Assembly: GCA_050084985.1 (NCBI GenBank)
Contig: JBITNC010000001.1
Coordinates: forward strand, 26,846,001 to 26,910,000
Origin: Nageia nagi
Taxonomy: Eukaryota > Plantae > Pinophyta
Length of the DNA: 64,000 nucleotides
Direction: 5' to 3'
The notes below the pieces were generated by a model. That model was not told where the DNA came from and made no database searches. It saw only the letters and a list, made by a program, of their open reading frames with translations. Position 1 is the stretch's first letter; each line of letters opens with the position of its first letter. The translations under genes were made by a program, and so were the position numbers. Below, piece after piece: positions 1 through 15,900 of the stretch.

Positions 1-3000
1 CTTTAAGGTAGCCATTGCACCACCATGAAGAGATTCCCTAAACCCATGCTATGATAACCAAAGATATTAATAACTTATTTGTATTTGAGTACAAGACTAC
101 TCATATTAGGAGTAAAATAATATATTAAATTTGTGTGGATTTCCAACTCATCTCGTAAATTTAATTTAACTAGTACTTTTATTCCAAGTACCTTAATACA
201 CATATGTACCAAACAAATCTAATTACTATGCCATTCACAAGCCACAACTAGGGCTGGTCCACTAATAGAAAAATAAAGCAACCTCTAGTATTATGTAAAA
301 CTTTTAAATAAATAATTTCATCCTTTCAAGATAAATTACAAGGTCCAAAATTTAAATTCTCAGCTAGACTAAATATTAAATTATTTACTCCTTCATTTAG
401 ATACCTCCAAACACTTATTAAAAAATTGTACAATAAATATACTGACTAAATAATTTTTAAATAAATAGTTTCCCCCTTTACTAGATATAAACAAATTATA
501 CCATATGTAATAATAAAAAAATTTAAATAAAAATCTTAAACAAAATTCACCTCAAATAAATACAAGGTGGAGTAGTATCTCTTGACCAATATAAAACTAG
601 TTTTGAATTTACACCCATGACTATTAAATCAGACATTGAGTAAAATATATATTAAAATCACATGCAAAAGTGTCATAAAAATATTATGCCTTTAAATGAT
701 ACAATTTAATGTAAGGCCATTAATAATAAATGACCCTATTATTATTTTCATAAACTCTTAATGAACAATCCATCCTTCAAATACACTTAAACATTATCAA
801 ATAAAACTCAAAGCTTTGGTTAAACATTTTAGCACTAGTGGCTAAAATGTTAGAAAAGAACCTGGACAATTGAGAAGATATTCCTTCCTTCATGGGACTC
901 TAGACCAAAATTTGGAAGAGAGGGAGAAGTGTATGAATGAATATTTTTTTCTAAGGGTTCTCCTAGGTATTTATAACTAAAAGTTGGTATAGGCCTATAG
1001 ATGCCTAAAAATGAATTTTCTTGTATTAATTAATTCATTTTATAGCATCAATGAATATTTATTGTAAAAAGGGTTTAAATATACCCAAAATAATGTAATC
1101 AATGTAATAGACCGTTATATGATGTAAAGAGAGTCAAATATCAAGAAAGACACCACAAATAATGTAATAGAAATGATCCCAAGAACCAAAGAGGATCAAA
1201 ATGTTGCCATAAAATAATATCAAAGGTAACATAATCGATATCGATGAGATCAATGGAGAACTAGAGGAATGATTAGAACATCATTTCACTTGACCAATAA
1301 AGGTATTTTGTAACACCATCTATCTTAGATTTACTATACCTTATGTCTTGTCTTGTGCATTTCAATTTCTGCTCATGGATCTGCATATTTTAGGTTGTTA
1401 GTGGTTCATTATGCATGGTATGTATCATGTTTGAAGTTTGATATGCAATACTCTTCATATTATTCCACATACTTCAATTCATGCATGTGAATCTACTTAA
1501 TTCATGTTATTAATGGTGTGTGTTTCTTACAATATGATGGAGTAGTAATTCTACTGTGTAAAGCTCATTGATAATCAAAAGGTAGGCATGTGACCACTCA
1601 TTTTGCATGTACTCAAAAAGATCTATTCATTTATAAGGTTTGTAAATTAGTTAGAGATTATATATGAATTGTACTGCTTAAAAATATTATATTGTAAATA
1701 TATTATGGTTTACAAGTCCATCCAAAAATATAACTATTTGTCCACCTCACATTTTTTTGTTCGTGAGGGGTAGGATCTTCATTATTTTACGGTAGGATTT
1801 TGACAAACTTGTTGGCAAGTCCTATGTACTACTAAATAATTTTCACATCTCACATTAGTCACCAAAATGTATGGAAAAGGTTCATTAATAATTTTACATA
1901 CCTAACATAAAAGATAAAAATGTATGGAGATGATTCCTCTATTATTTTTGTAAAATACTAAAGTAGCCTTTCAACTACCATAAATACCAAAATAGTCTTC
2001 ATGCCTAAATTTTATTTTTACCCAACCCTAGAATTTTACTATTTGTACAAACAAAAATTCTTTGGTGAAAAAATTCAAATTTAAATATTTGGAATATTCT
2101 TTCCAACTTTAAAGATAATCGATTAATTTTTCAAAAGCAATTCAAAGATATGCATCAAAAATTTAGCACATGTTTACCTATGAAGATCACCCATTCTACA
2201 AGGTAAATTTTGTTAGTGCATACATAAGTATTATACACATCATAAGCATTAAATATCATGCACAATAATTATGATATACAATTATATGATCTACAAAGGT
2301 CCTTATGGGCTATCAACGAATCAATGCCAATCATTTCCTCACTCTTACCAATCTGTTCCCCTAACTAACTCATATTTGGTTTCCTAGGGTATCCAACTTG
2401 ACTCCTACACTGATGCAACCTTTAACCTGTATCATAAAACTCTCATAGCTAGCATCAAACCAATACAAATATTGCATACAACTATTCACAATTAGCCATA
2501 TGATAAGATAAATAGTTTTAATCACATTCAAATTCTTGAAGGTATTGAGGTCATAATAAGTTCAATTGGGCATATTGTTACATATATCCTTCACTAGTTA
2601 CACTAAAAACCTAGGGTTTTGAATAGAGATAATCTTTCATTTCAAGTATTTCAAAAATAGATACACCTATTTCTATAGATAATGAAAATCCTGATTATCT
2701 TATTACACAACCTAAAAAGATTAGGGCATGTAATAATTATGTCAATGCATCAAGAAGATAACATGAAAGAGTATAGAGATTACAATTAAATGATGAATAT
2801 GATAGTGTTCTAGAATATTGTAGTCATTCAGTTAAAAAAGAAGCATAAAATAATCAAGAAGAACCTAATGAACTCCCATCCAATGCATTAGAGGTACTTA
2901 GTAAAAAAATTCTATTCCACAAGGTAGAAAATTGTTATATGTAAAAGAATGCCTTCTTTTCTTTTTTCAAAATTTGCAATAAGTTGATATAGAATTCAAA

Positions 3001-5994
3001 CACCTATTAAGATCTACCCTAGATATTGATCTTAAATATTATAAATAGAGATAAATGGTCTAATAGACTTAACATGATATGATCTTAACCCTTTGTAGAC
3101 AATCTTATAAGTGTTTTGCACCTTCTCAAGTTCCTTCATTACAATTTTCTTTCATTAATTTTGTTCTCAAACCTCAAATCTTGAACTAGACCCTTTGTAC
3201 TTTATATAACCCTAGTGATGTTGCTAGACCCAGCATCGCCACTCCATTACCTAATCGAAATCTAGACCACATTTTTATGGATCCTAAGGCTTCCATCCTT
3301 CAATAGGTATTTCCTACTTGTGATGAAGAGTTAAAAGACAACATTGATAAAGAAGACCTAGTTTATATCTCAGATAATAAAGAACCTTAAAGGTCACCCA
3401 TCCTTGAATCTTGGATGGATGAACCAGATCTAGCAACAGCATTTGCTATGAAAAGAAAACCTGATTGGTCAAATGTAGAATTTGAAATATTGAAGAAAGA
3501 ACTAAAGTTTTTGAAGCTCAATAGGGAGTATGCATCTACTTCACTAGAATGCAAATTGGAGATGGTAAATAATTTGGTAAAAACTTTAGAGCAAGAAAAA
3601 GTTTGTTGTTTTAGTTTCTTAATAGGTTTAGCAAAGGAAAAGCACATAGATATTAGTGGATCATTACAATAAGCACATTTAAATTATGCACTTCAATGAT
3701 TATTGCAATTAAAAAAAACAAAAATATTTCATTATGGCTTGCATCAACAAGTTTACACCCGTAGTTTCAAGAGGTAGTGAGAACCCCTTTTGTATCACGT
3801 CTATTAGAGAAGGTATGAAAAATAGGTAATATTTATTATGTTTGATGGCTATTATGAAAAAAAGAAGGTAATTATAACTTTCTATAATTAAAACATAGTA
3901 CCTTGTATTTTTATTGCAATGATTGGATGAATGCTTCAATTATATGCTTATCATCAAGGATAATCTTATTGGATATCTTTCTCCAATACCTAATGAAGTC
4001 TTCAATTATTTTTCCTTCCCTTCACTTGAGTTGAATCAACTCAGAAAATGAAGTATCTTTGAGAATATATATATCTTGAATGACTCAGTGAATAATTTCT
4101 TAGGTTGTGCAAAGTATTTAATATTGTCATTAGAAATCTTATTGAATCATTAAAGAGAATTTCCCTTAAGTGTGAGAGGAAATAACTTAACATGTATAAG
4201 CTTGGATCTTCATGGCCTTCATATTTGGTAAAGTTCAAACTCTTTTTTGTATCAACTATAATTGATCTTATTATGTGATAAAATGTATTTCTATCTTCTT
4301 ATTGAAGTCCTTTCTTATGTATGCAATTTCAGGATCAAATACATTCATTTATGGATTAGGAACATCTTGCTCTTTTTGAACAACTTCATGTTGTTGTATA
4401 TGTCTTTCCAAAGTACAAAATATTTATAAACCTTCCTTATTACTTTCTTTGTCTTCTATTATTCACTTTATGATGGTTGTAAAAGTATGATCTAACTCCA
4501 TAAGTGATAACTTTATTAACTATTTATCATCAGGTCTACTAAGTATAGAAGCTTTTAACATCATTTTCTTTTTTTAACCATCCTAGGAATAGTTGTATTG
4601 CTAGATTAATATAATTAATGAATTCTTGTTTCAATTCTTCTTATGGATTTATATCATAATCATTATTCACCAATATTGGTCCTTTGTTCTTTGTAAAGAA
4701 TATTACTATTTTTTCATTATGATATTGATGCATTTTTTTTTATAAAATACTTAAAAGCATCAATTGGTAATTTTTCAAAATAATCACTTTGCTAGACACT
4801 AAGAAACTTGTATGTAATTTTATTTTCCTAATTTGTCTAATGAAGATAATGTTTTAAAGCTTGACAAAATATTTTGATTTTGTGTTATTTTCATCTTCAA
4901 CTTCAAGAAGAATATCATCATTAAAAGTAATTTCTTTGTCTTCTCTTGTACCTTGTAATTCCTAGGCATATATATAATCTAATTCTTATGGAGAAAATCA
5001 CCCAAGGTTGTTATAGAACTAGCACCAACATTAAGGAGCATTTAAACTGTTGTTGCTATGAACTTTATTTTTGTTAAAGATCCTTGATTTATTTTCTCAA
5101 CTATGATCTCATCTTCAATAGGAATCATAATGTTTGCCCTACAAGCAATATTAGCACTAGGCATATGATAGGTTGAAGGTTGGATCATTGAGTAAGTATT
5201 TGTTTCTTGTAAAGATTTGCTCTTCTAAATATTAAGGATGATCAGCATAGTATTAAGACTATTATGCCTTCTATTTTTGGTGCATTGATGATACACCATA
5301 TGTTATTATTTGTTTGATGACTTATTTAATCTTTAGGTCATCAATAATGTAAGCTTTTTCTAGCATCAATATCCCTTGAAGTATCTTGATAATGGTGCAT
5401 TTCTTTTTCTAAACCAAATCTCTCAAGATATCATCATTTTCACTAATAATCTTTAAAATATCTAGATTTGGTGATCAAGTTTTACCCATCCCAAGTTCTT
5501 TTGTTATATTTGATTCATTATTACTTTGAGTACCTTGTTATACCATTGGATTAATAGATTTTTCTATGTTTTTTAACATGATCTGAGAAAGAACCCTCCA
5601 AGTAATCTATGATCCCTTAGTGTTTGAAACCCTTCATCTTAAGATTCCTCATCATTTTGAAATCCTTGATCCACCATTCTCCTAGGAGACTCTTCCATGG
5701 AACTTTCTTCATTAGATATATCTTGATCATTATCCACTTGCAAAGATCGATTAGTTTTATTAGGTATTTCCCATTGATGTTTGATTTGAAACCTTGCACT
5801 CTTTCTCTTTGGAGAAAGCTTTGGTTTCTTCTTTTTATGTACAATGTTAGTATCTTTGCCAAATATATTTCTAAATACTTTCCTAAAAATATGGTGATGA
5901 CTAAGCATAATCATGAAGGAATTTTTTGTAATAACTATAGCATTTTAAAATAATTTTATCAAACCTTGATGTTAATATTCATAAAATAAAAAGA

Positions 5995-6768
5995 GTTAGG
6001 TTCACCAATATGTAGATAATAAAATGCAACCCTGATTATGGTGGTAAAGGTGTTGTTAAGATATAGCTACTTATATTATGAACATACTATAATGCTTATT
6101 GGTTATGATGCCTAATAGATCTAAGATGTGTGAATAATTATAACTTGGAATAATAAATGATCAAATGAAATGCCTTATAACCTATGAAATAATTGATTAT
6201 ATATGTGTACCTATTACTTTTTTGGTCAATAAAGATATATCCAGATGAAATCTTAATTGATACCAAACATCGAAGCCTTAACTTTAGAGTGTTATGGTAC
6301 ACATAACCCAATGTTGGCATTGATGGTAGCATTGGAGTTGGGGCTCCCAAGGATATAAGTCACAAGATCTAATGTTTATGTTGATTAAGTATCTTCTAGG
6401 AATATGATGAAGTATGGATAATAGAGAGATATCAAGTATAACATATCTAATATTAATATATGGTATCTAAATACACCGATAAGTTTGTGAAAGATATGTA
6501 TAGTCCTATAGAGATGAAATACCATAGTCATACCATGCATATGTTTCTCTATTTATAGGTATAAGAGATCACCTAAGAGTAACATTGTATCCTAGCATTG
6601 ATGTTGGTGGTCCCTTGCATACAATAAAGAGAAACATGCATAAGATATAGCATAAGTTATCCTTTATTAATAATAACACATAACATACTGTTATATAGAT
6701 CATAACATCATAAGGGTTATATGAAAACTAGTTTAGTCCAAAAAAGGATCCCAAATTAGGTGTCAACA
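5995..6768 (-). mobile_element. Decayed Gypsy (Athila/Tat-type) 5' LTR (6011-6768) with Trp-type PBS; degraded internal region extends left to ~2350
   Basis: Minus strand reads TGTTGACACCTAATTTGG...TCTACA, then TAT-TGGTGAACCTAAC, which resembles the complement of the tRNA-Trp 3' end (TGGTGAACCCGAC) with transition decay. A purine-rich PPT-like tract lies on the minus strand near 2357-2372. No intact ORF or TSD found. Confidence 0.5.
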
Positions 6769-7169
6769 TCCTACCTATATCTCCTTTTGAATCCTCTACT
6801 AATCGTAATCTAAAATGCTAACAAAATTAACTTTTAATATCCTTATGAAACTCTACATATATAACAGTAAGAGTTGAAGCATTTATTCCAATATGTTTGT
6901 GTAAGATTATTTACAAAGATCCTCATATTTTTATTTTGAGTATGCATCGATTCTTTTACCTAAGCTTATTGAATATCTTAATTTTGACATTCATCTTCAA
7001 ATGATATCACCTATTGATCAATAACACCACAAGTGATATCTTTCAATTTTTTATAATTCTTTATTGTATATTTTATGTTACAAAGAAAATTTAATTTCCT
7101 TATTTTGATATTGCAATATTTTAATTTTTGTGGAAGAAATCAAGTCTACAAACCACCTTCCACATTGAA

Positions 7170-8620
7170 TAATTTTGGATGAAAAGCAAAAGTTTATGTG
7201 TGGACATCAAATTTCACACCCTCCAAATCCAATTTACAATAATTAGGTGATACTTTAATATCTTGTGTACTCCTCATATTGTATCATTTACAAAGAGATC
7301 TAAGTAAGATTTACCTTGCAGATCCTCACGTGGATAGGGATTGGCCAATAGCCATTATACAATAATAATCAATAATTCATCGACCCATTATGTTATCTTT
7401 TGATACACTCCACTGCCAGTCTATTATTGCTCCCTAAAAGTGTACTTTCCATAATGTATCGCACCATTACACCTCCAAAAAATCTACATATTCTTCTCCA
7501 ACATGCATCCACTCAACTCATGGAGTTTCAGGGTCCATATATGGTTGATCTTAATATATCCATGATTTTTGACTCCACTTTAGTTTGTAGCATCCCATGA
7601 GTGCCAAAGGGCAACATTTATCTTCTCTACCCCAAGCTAAAAGTTTCTTGTATAGATGCAATTTGGTGAATGTATTTGGCTGCATAAATGGACCCATGAG
7701 GTTCATAGTAGAGATTTTAGTGATATTATTCCAACTATCCAAGCCTTTGTGAATTTGTTGGGGATCCTTGAGGTCTTCATAACTAATGTATTTGGTTTTT
7801 ATTTATAGCAGTAATGTGGTGCTTGTCCATTTAGCCCACTAAAGATCATAGCACATCCATTTGATGCATGGCAATGTTGGGTGCCTTAAATATACTATAC
7901 CAATATTTTTTGCATGTGGACAACCATTCAATTTGTTATTTATTAAGAATGAAGTATGTAGTCTTTATTTGGATAACGTAATCTCTATTGCATTCCATCT
8001 TTGGCATTTATATACTATTTTATCTATTTCACTCATTCTACATGACCATCCTATATAAAAATATGTCATTGATATTTTCCCATAGTAAAACTAATAATAT
8101 TTTAGGGGCTATTTTCTTTCTCCTCGCATTTCATTTCATTATGGATATTGCATATTTAGAAATCCATTATTCTCACCTTTCCAAGGATATATTATACACC
8201 ATACTTCCTGTGAGTTTTGACACCCTTTATTCATATTTTCACACACAATCAACTCAATCCATACAATTTCTAGTTTGACATGCCCTCATATCACCAGGAA
8301 TCACTAAATATTTATCCATCCTCTTGAGCTAATTCTTGAACCATTATAGAGAAAACTTTTATCATATTTCTACCCATGTATAACACTTGGAGAATCCTTT
8401 GAGAATTGCTAATGTTATGTAACATCATTTCCACTTTTGTGTGTAGCCTATCAATTGAGAAATTTGTAGTAACTAAGTTCCTTTATCACAAAATTTTTTA
8501 AAGTTCCATTACTACAAATTTTATGGGTATTGCATCATTGGAAATCCTATTTTGTCAACTTTCCAACCATATATCACATGAACCACTTTACTATAGAATC
8601 ACCAAAGTTACAACACACTA
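7170..8620 (-). mobile_element. Highly degraded LINE reverse transcriptase / C-terminal remnant
   Basis: Minus-strand relics appear in the expected order of RPI.L.N, G.RQG, YADD-like, YLG.P and a GRW...C..C-like tail; many stops and frameshifts. Confidence 0.4.
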
Positions 8621-9344
8621 AAGGTGACCCTATCATTGGTGAATAGCTCTATTTTGATGACTCAAAATTACCTTGGTAATCATATTACATTATGGTGACT
8701 TGAACTTCATAAATGAATCCCTAGTTATCAATTTCTTTGGACACCATAATTTTGATAGTTTGGTGACTTGAACTTTAAATGCAGATGCCCAGTGGTTGGA
8801 ACATAATTATACTATAGCATAAATTTAGTGTATCTTCACATCATTAGAACTAATTAAACTCTTAAAACCCTACAATCAAAGATTGAATGTTGGTATCAAA
8901 GTTCAATAATTTTCGATGGTGTTTATTAGCACTTAAAGGTTATCAAATACCAAAATTTTCAAGTTGCATTGGAGCTCATGCTATTGTTTTTCATTCTTAG
9001 AGATTGGTAAACTTTAAATTTTTAACATTATGTTCCTATGATAATTGCATACTTATTCAAATATATATCATTCCAAAACATAATTGGGAAAGTATGCTTT
9101 TAAATGGGAAGCTCAATGATATTTCCATCTACCAAGGTGTTAAAAAATGAATCAATGCTTTTTGAAAACTTTGTATACTTTCTTCTTAATCTTCTGGTTA
9201 ATACATTTTGATCTTACTCTTTCTATTTTTTTCCTTTACCATTATTTGTTTTTACTTTTTATTGTTGGTAACTTAACTTCCCTTTCCTTTTTTCTAATAT
9301 TCATTTATTATCTTAAATTTCAATCTTTAGTTATCAATCAAATG

Positions 9345-10542
9345 TGTAAAATCCCAAATACAAATTCAAGTGCAATTAAATCCAAATATAGAAATATGCA
9401 ACAACATTTGGACAAGAAGGGAAAATAAAAGCATTCAACATCTCACTATGTCAATGTTAGGGATGGGGCACCAATTACAAGTCTACACAACATAATAATG
9501 CATGTCTACCTACAACATGCACGAATGATCAAATACACTATAACATTACAAATATAGATAACTACATAATATAATATGAAATCCAATAGCCCATGACTTG
9601 TATTGAAGTTACATAATGAATATTGATGTAATACCAAGCCCATAAGGCTCAATGTTGGCCTCCAAGGAGCCAACTAGGGCATAATGAATATGATCAATGT
9701 TGGACAGATGGAACACTAAATGGATAGCCTCACTCCCTTGGAATCTAAATCCTCTCCACCTAAGGAGCTCTCTCCAAACCTTGGCGACCAACTAAATGGT
9801 AGAAGTGTGACCTAGAAATGCCATCAAATGGACTAAGGTTATATTCTTGTCATAGATCAACAAGATCCCTCAACTTGTTAACCCTTCTAGATGTTGCACC
9901 TAAGGATGTTGCTTGATGCTATGCCAAGAATTTTATCCACTATATGGTATGACTAATAATCAATATTTGTATATCTAGCAATTATTCTCCAAATACTAAT
10001 ATAACTCTCAATAGATCTAAATCTCAACTCAAAGTCATCACCCAATCCCTCAAACCCCAATGATGGTACCTAAGAGTCATTCTAGGTCCAACATGGGTAT
10101 TTAGGCCTCCCTCATGCTCCTCAACTCAACGTGGGCCTAAGGATGCATGTGTGGGTCAAGGAGGCATTTATGGGTATTTAGGGGTATGCATGGATGTAAT
10201 GGGTCAAAATGAGAGTCTAGGAGTCTCCCAAAGGTTGGTGCATATGTACAAGTGCTCCCACTCTCAATGTTGGGGCCATTAAGTGATTATCCATGCTCTA
10301 AGTGTTAAATAAGCCTTGAGATTCCCATTATCATGTTTAGAGATATCCAAGTACATTAAATCATACTAAACTATACTTGGGAGGAATACATCACACTTGG
10401 GGCTCACAATGGGGTCCAATAGCACATTATCTTTTCTATCATGAGCACTAATTAATAAAGCACAAGGAAATAATTAATTATGCAAAAGAGGGAATCTGTT
10501 GGATTCCATAATTAATTACAATTATACAAGGGGGACATCACA
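9345..10542 (-). mobile_element. Solo LTR (~1.2 kb family, copy 1)
   Basis: Termini TGTAAAATCCC...GGGGACATCACA; flanks AAATG/AAATA (5-bp TSD, 1 mismatch). Shares CACTTGGGGCTCACAATGGGGTCC with 31503, 36723 and 54733. Confidence 0.8.
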
Positions 10543-12234
10543 AAATACTTATTTTTTCTTATTAATCTTTTTATTTTTTTTGTCAATGGATCAACATTTG
10601 ATCTTTCTACTTCAATCTTACATTAAGGTAATAATGACTAGATAAAAGCATCTATGAGGTCATCCAAAGCTACTATAATTTCATTGGATTTGTTTCTTTA
10701 TACCTTAATAAACTCACTGAATTTTTGGTCTTCTCAATATCTCATCTTATAAAAATATTAGAATGTAGTCTTGCTTTTAATATTATAATTATACTATGGA
10801 AAGAATATATTGATTATTGTTCTATACATTTTTATACTTTATATTGTTGTGGTATAATACTATTCAATATAATCATCCTTCAAACTCTAAGAAAATAACT
10901 TGGCTAACATGTTTAAATCTTATATGAATTTTATGGCCTCTTTTAGAAACTTTCTCACATACAACCTCATACCCTACATACCATGTAAATTTTTTGAAAT
11001 TTGAAGTTCCTTTTTCCTATTAAAACCTTGACATCAATCTTTTCATACAATATCCTAACTTGGATTTCAACTTTATCCTCTTCTAGAATTAAGCATTGTT
11101 CTATTCTTTTAATTATTTTCATGATTTTATATTTTTCTTAATAATCCATGAGAGGTTATTGAACTTGAGTTTCTTGTGGTTTTGCTTATTGAGTTATTTC
11201 TTCATTGTTTTCCTATTGAAATTGATCATCTTTCTTTAATTTTGTATTTATAATAGTTATGTTGATTCTATGCTTTTCCAAAATAAATTCATGAATTATT
11301 AAACATTTTTTCTTGTTTTAAATATTATGATCTCCTAAATTGAATTATGTTCTTGAATTCATAGGTTTGATCTACTTTGATATCATTATCTTCTTTGGAT
11401 AATTCATCTCCTTTTAATACCCTAGTGGGTTTGTTATTTCTTGATTTTCTATATTTTAATCATCTTTAACATCCACTGAGATATGGTCATCAACATCCTC
11501 ATCATCATCAACTATGATATTATCATCAACATCATCTTCTTCATTTTAATTCATCCATAATTGATGAACATGTATTGTTAGTCAAGGATTAAAACAAAGT
11601 TTATTTCAAGGTGATGGAGGGGGTTGATAAAAGGGTTCTAGAGTAATTTTTTAGATGAATCAATCTTTTTTTATTATGTAAGTATGTTGAGGGTGATAAG
11701 GTTGCTCTACAAGTGAAATTTTATATGATTTAGGCTCATAAATAAGACCTTATATGATCTTAATATAATTGTTTTTTTTTTTTGTAAAATTGAAAGTTGG
11801 GTTGAGTTCCTTTTGATATAAAGACTCAAATTTTAAGGTTAGAACAAATGGTAAGTTGAATTGAGAGTATAAAAATAATTGAGGTTTGAAGAAGCTTGGA
11901 TTATAATTTTATTTCCTAATAAATTTTTTTATGAACCATGATATGAAGATATGAGATCATAGACTCCATAGGCTCTAGTATAAAAGTTTAATAACAAGTT
12001 GTTCAACATTACGTTCCATGTTTATGTACAAAATCAAGATCTTGTAATATGTATTTTTGAATTTATCCCTTAATTATTTTAAGGGTAAGACATGTATATA
12101 ATCAATGTGGTTTATCTTTTCTCTAATGTGTCGATGCTATTTTTTTGAGTTTTTCACTTGATTTGACTAATTTGGACTTTGTAATACATAATCTTATGTA
12201 TCACCATTATTTTATTATTTGGGGATATTTCCAT

Positions 12235-12255
12235 TGTGTGTGTGTGTGTGTGTCT

Positions 12256-12287
<32 letters not shown>

Positions 12288-12299
12288 TTGTGTGTGTGT
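12235..12299. repeat. Imperfect (TG)n microsatellite
   Basis: About 32 TG units with 3 interruptions, seen directly. Confidence 0.95.
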
Positions 12300-12759
12300 A
12301 CATTTTTTAGCATAATCATCATCATATACATTTTCTCCCATAGTTGTGGCTAACTTTTCTTCTATATCATGATTATTGATTTTGTTTAGTATTTGACTTC
12401 TTCTTTTAGATATAATTGTGGCTTAACTTCTATTTTTCTTTCTTGTTTATCTTATTTGTTTTGATCTCTTCATCTAGAATAAGGATGTTTGGAGGAGTGA
12501 AAGTGGAATACACTATGTTCCATAATCCATTAAACATGATAACATCTAAGGAAATTGAAATATGAATGAGCTACTAAAAATCATATGGTTTTTGGAAAAA
12601 AATACAAAACATACACAAAAATTTGGGTTCACCAAAATTATATACATATGAAAATTATTTATTCTAAAGTAAATCTAATTTAAATTTTGATGAATGATAA
12701 ATATAAATTCTTAAAATGATATGCATTTTTACTATGAACTAAGATCTATGCCCTTTTCA

Positions 12760-12925
12760 AACTGCGATATCAAGTAATCATTCACCTAGATCTAACATGT
12801 ACATGAAATGAAATAATGAATGGGATACTTTGTACACCTATTTAGAGATCAACTAACCTACCAATATTTTTACCAAGCCTTTCTCAAAGTGTACCTAAAT
12901 TCTTAATGGTTTGGGAGGATTAACA
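12760..12925 (+). mobile_element. Copia RNase H C-terminal relic
   Basis: Degenerate DIK.H(F) and NIFTKPF motifs matching the Copia HIDIKYHFIR...ADIFTKPL tail. Confidence 0.55.
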
Positions 12926-15900
12926 CTTATCCTTGAATTTCAAGGGTAAGGACTAATCCTTGATGATGTTCAATATCCTTCCCATTGTTATAAATAAAAA
13001 TATTATTTTATCAAAATAATTATAAGGAAAACATATAAAATACTCATTTTAAGATAAATGGAGGGTCCAAGGATTTTTCAAACTAAGTTATTGCACCTAT
13101 ACAACTTTCATAATTGTAAAACTCATCCAAAATAGGGCTTAGGAAGTCATGTTGATTGAAAACATATTATGTGTGGCCCTATTTTGGAGGGATTTTTACT
13201 TGGTTGAAGTTAAAGGGGTTAGCTAAAAAGTTCGTGACTTCAACTCCTTGGTTTGATTCTTCTAGTTCAACCCAAATGATCTGAGGTGAAGAAGCTCTCT
13301 AAAAATATTTAGTGGATTCCTTGAGATCATGTATTTGTAAAATACTTTTTAGGAGGTTTAATGCTTCATCAATGGAGATATATTGAATATTTTTACTTTC
13401 AAATATTGATATTATTTTAATTTTGAAGGTAATTACTTTTCTTAAAGATGCTTGATTATGATAAGAATTGATGATTTGAAATTACTTTTTCTCTTCCATT
13501 TATACTTTGTGGAATAAGAAATAATAAGCACATTTGTCAATATTACACAAATTATGGATAATTATCTTGAAATTCACCTTTTTAAATAAAAAAATATTTA
13601 TATACTTAATTATTAATTTTAATAAATCAAATCCCCTTGGGGATATCGCATTGATTAGGTGCATGTCTTACTGGTGGGAGGTCCTAGGTTTGAATCAACC
13701 TGTTTGTTGTAGTGCTTGTCACACATGTGTGACTGATTTAAATGTAAAACATATATAAGACAACAACTTTAAGAGGTAAAGCTATGCCAAATCCAATGAA
13801 TATTATTTATGTTAAAAAGTCTTGTGCTATAACTTTTTATTTTTCATATTTTGTTTCATTGTGTTATTTATGTTATCAATTAGTACTTACTTCTAAGTTA
13901 TACATTTTTCATGCAAGTTTTTCAGGAAGCAACTTTTATATATTTTTCATTAAATTTTTAAATGTTGTATTAATAAATATAAATATTATAATAATTATTT
14001 AGTAGCCATTTTTTATCACATTTTTCCTTATCAACATTATGATAGTCTTTAAAGAACATAGTAATAATATTCAAGCCTAAAAATTATAAGTGGTAAATGG
14101 GTGGAAGAATTAGAACTTCTTTAACTTGTAGCAAATTGAAGAGAAAAAGTGAACATATGATTTTAGATCATAACATAAAATTTATATACACAACATATGC
14201 AACATAAACATTTTTTAAAAATTAAAGCAATACACAATGTTACCAAACCATAAAGAAGTGATGTAATATTTTATATGCTAAACCCTATGAAGGAAAAAAT
14301 CATAGTTAAATTGATCTTATGTAATATTTATTATTTTGAATTAATGGTATATAGACATCTATTAACAATGCATTAATATCCTCAAGCTATGAATGGCTTC
14401 TTAGTTATTTCAGATTGTAAAATATAATATTGCATATGTACCAAAAAATGTTACATGTACTATAACTTAACATATTAGAAATGAATGTGAAATTTACTGA
14501 AATTAGTGTTTAGAAAATTTCATCCATTATAAATATGTAGGAGCAAAAGCTTAAAAACAAATGGAGTACATGAGACACTTGTCTCATGTACTTCACTTCA
14601 TCATATATGCATGAGGCCATATGTACTCATGTAAGCTAGTGTGGACTAAGCCACATCTAAATGTGGAGCTTGTAACAACTCTATAACATTTGTAGAAAGA
14701 TAGAAAGGTTTTAGCTTATGAATTTTTCATTATAGTGACTAAGCATAAAAACCTAAGGATTCAACATTAACAGGGAGAAGCACTCCTTGAAAATTGAGGT
14801 GGACATGTATTGAAAGTAGGATCCCAAATCCAATAGCTTGTAGGTGTGGTTCTTGAATATGTGATCATAAGACTCTATTATGAATCCCTAAATAAGGTGG
14901 CATTAGTGATCATATTGCAGTTTCTTACACTTGATGAAATCTTGGACATAGTTAGGAGCTTTCATGTTGCCTTTCTTAACCATCTCAAATGTAATCAATT
15001 GATAAACATTCCAATGTTCATATTCAAATCTCTTGAAAAACAATGCTAACAATTCATAAAATAAAATTATTTAGCCCCAAAGCATGCAAACCTTCTTACT
15101 TTAATATTTCAACATGTGAAGTTTGAGGGGATCAATCTAGCTCCCACCTTGAGTAAATATAATCCCAACTCATAATCCCCATTGAGTACTAAGGCTTTGA
15201 ACTCAAGGATGCACTCCTTATCATTTAAATTAAGAAAGAAGAAATCCTCAAAAATGAACCAAATGAACAAGTTGAAGAGGAGAAACAAACTCTATTTAAA
15301 GACCTGGTGGAGCCCTCTGTATAGAAAAATATTTCCCATTTAGAGAATATAAAACTATACATAAGTTTAGTGAGTAGAAAAAGGGGCATGAAAAATTCCT
15401 AAGAGACTTTTTTGTGAGGCAAGTGGATCATGGAAATATCGACTAGCTTGGTGTAATGCAAATTTGGATGGCTCAAAAAGGAGACACCATATGCAATCTA
15501 GTCCACCTATAACATCTTTCAATATTTCAGTGAATCCTCCCTTAAGAAAAAGAAACTCAAAATACTAATGAAGAAAAACATCACTAGGATCTCCCTTAGG
15601 AATAAGACGAGGAGTAAGAATTAAATGTCCTAACTATTAAAAACTTTGCATACCCAAATCGGTGATATATAGGAGGCCCTCGTGACTAACTTCATAATTG
15701 CCAAAATAACTCTCAATTCTACCAAGGAGGCATGTCTTACTTTATATGAGGTAAAGAAGAAACTTCAAGCTATAGATAACCTCTTAGGAGACCTCCAATA
15801 AGAGAAATACTAGCACCATGGAGAGACCTATCCTCCTCCTCCTTTTGAAAGAAATTTTTGGGGGATAAGGCCCCTTCACTTTCTTATGCATAGTATAATA

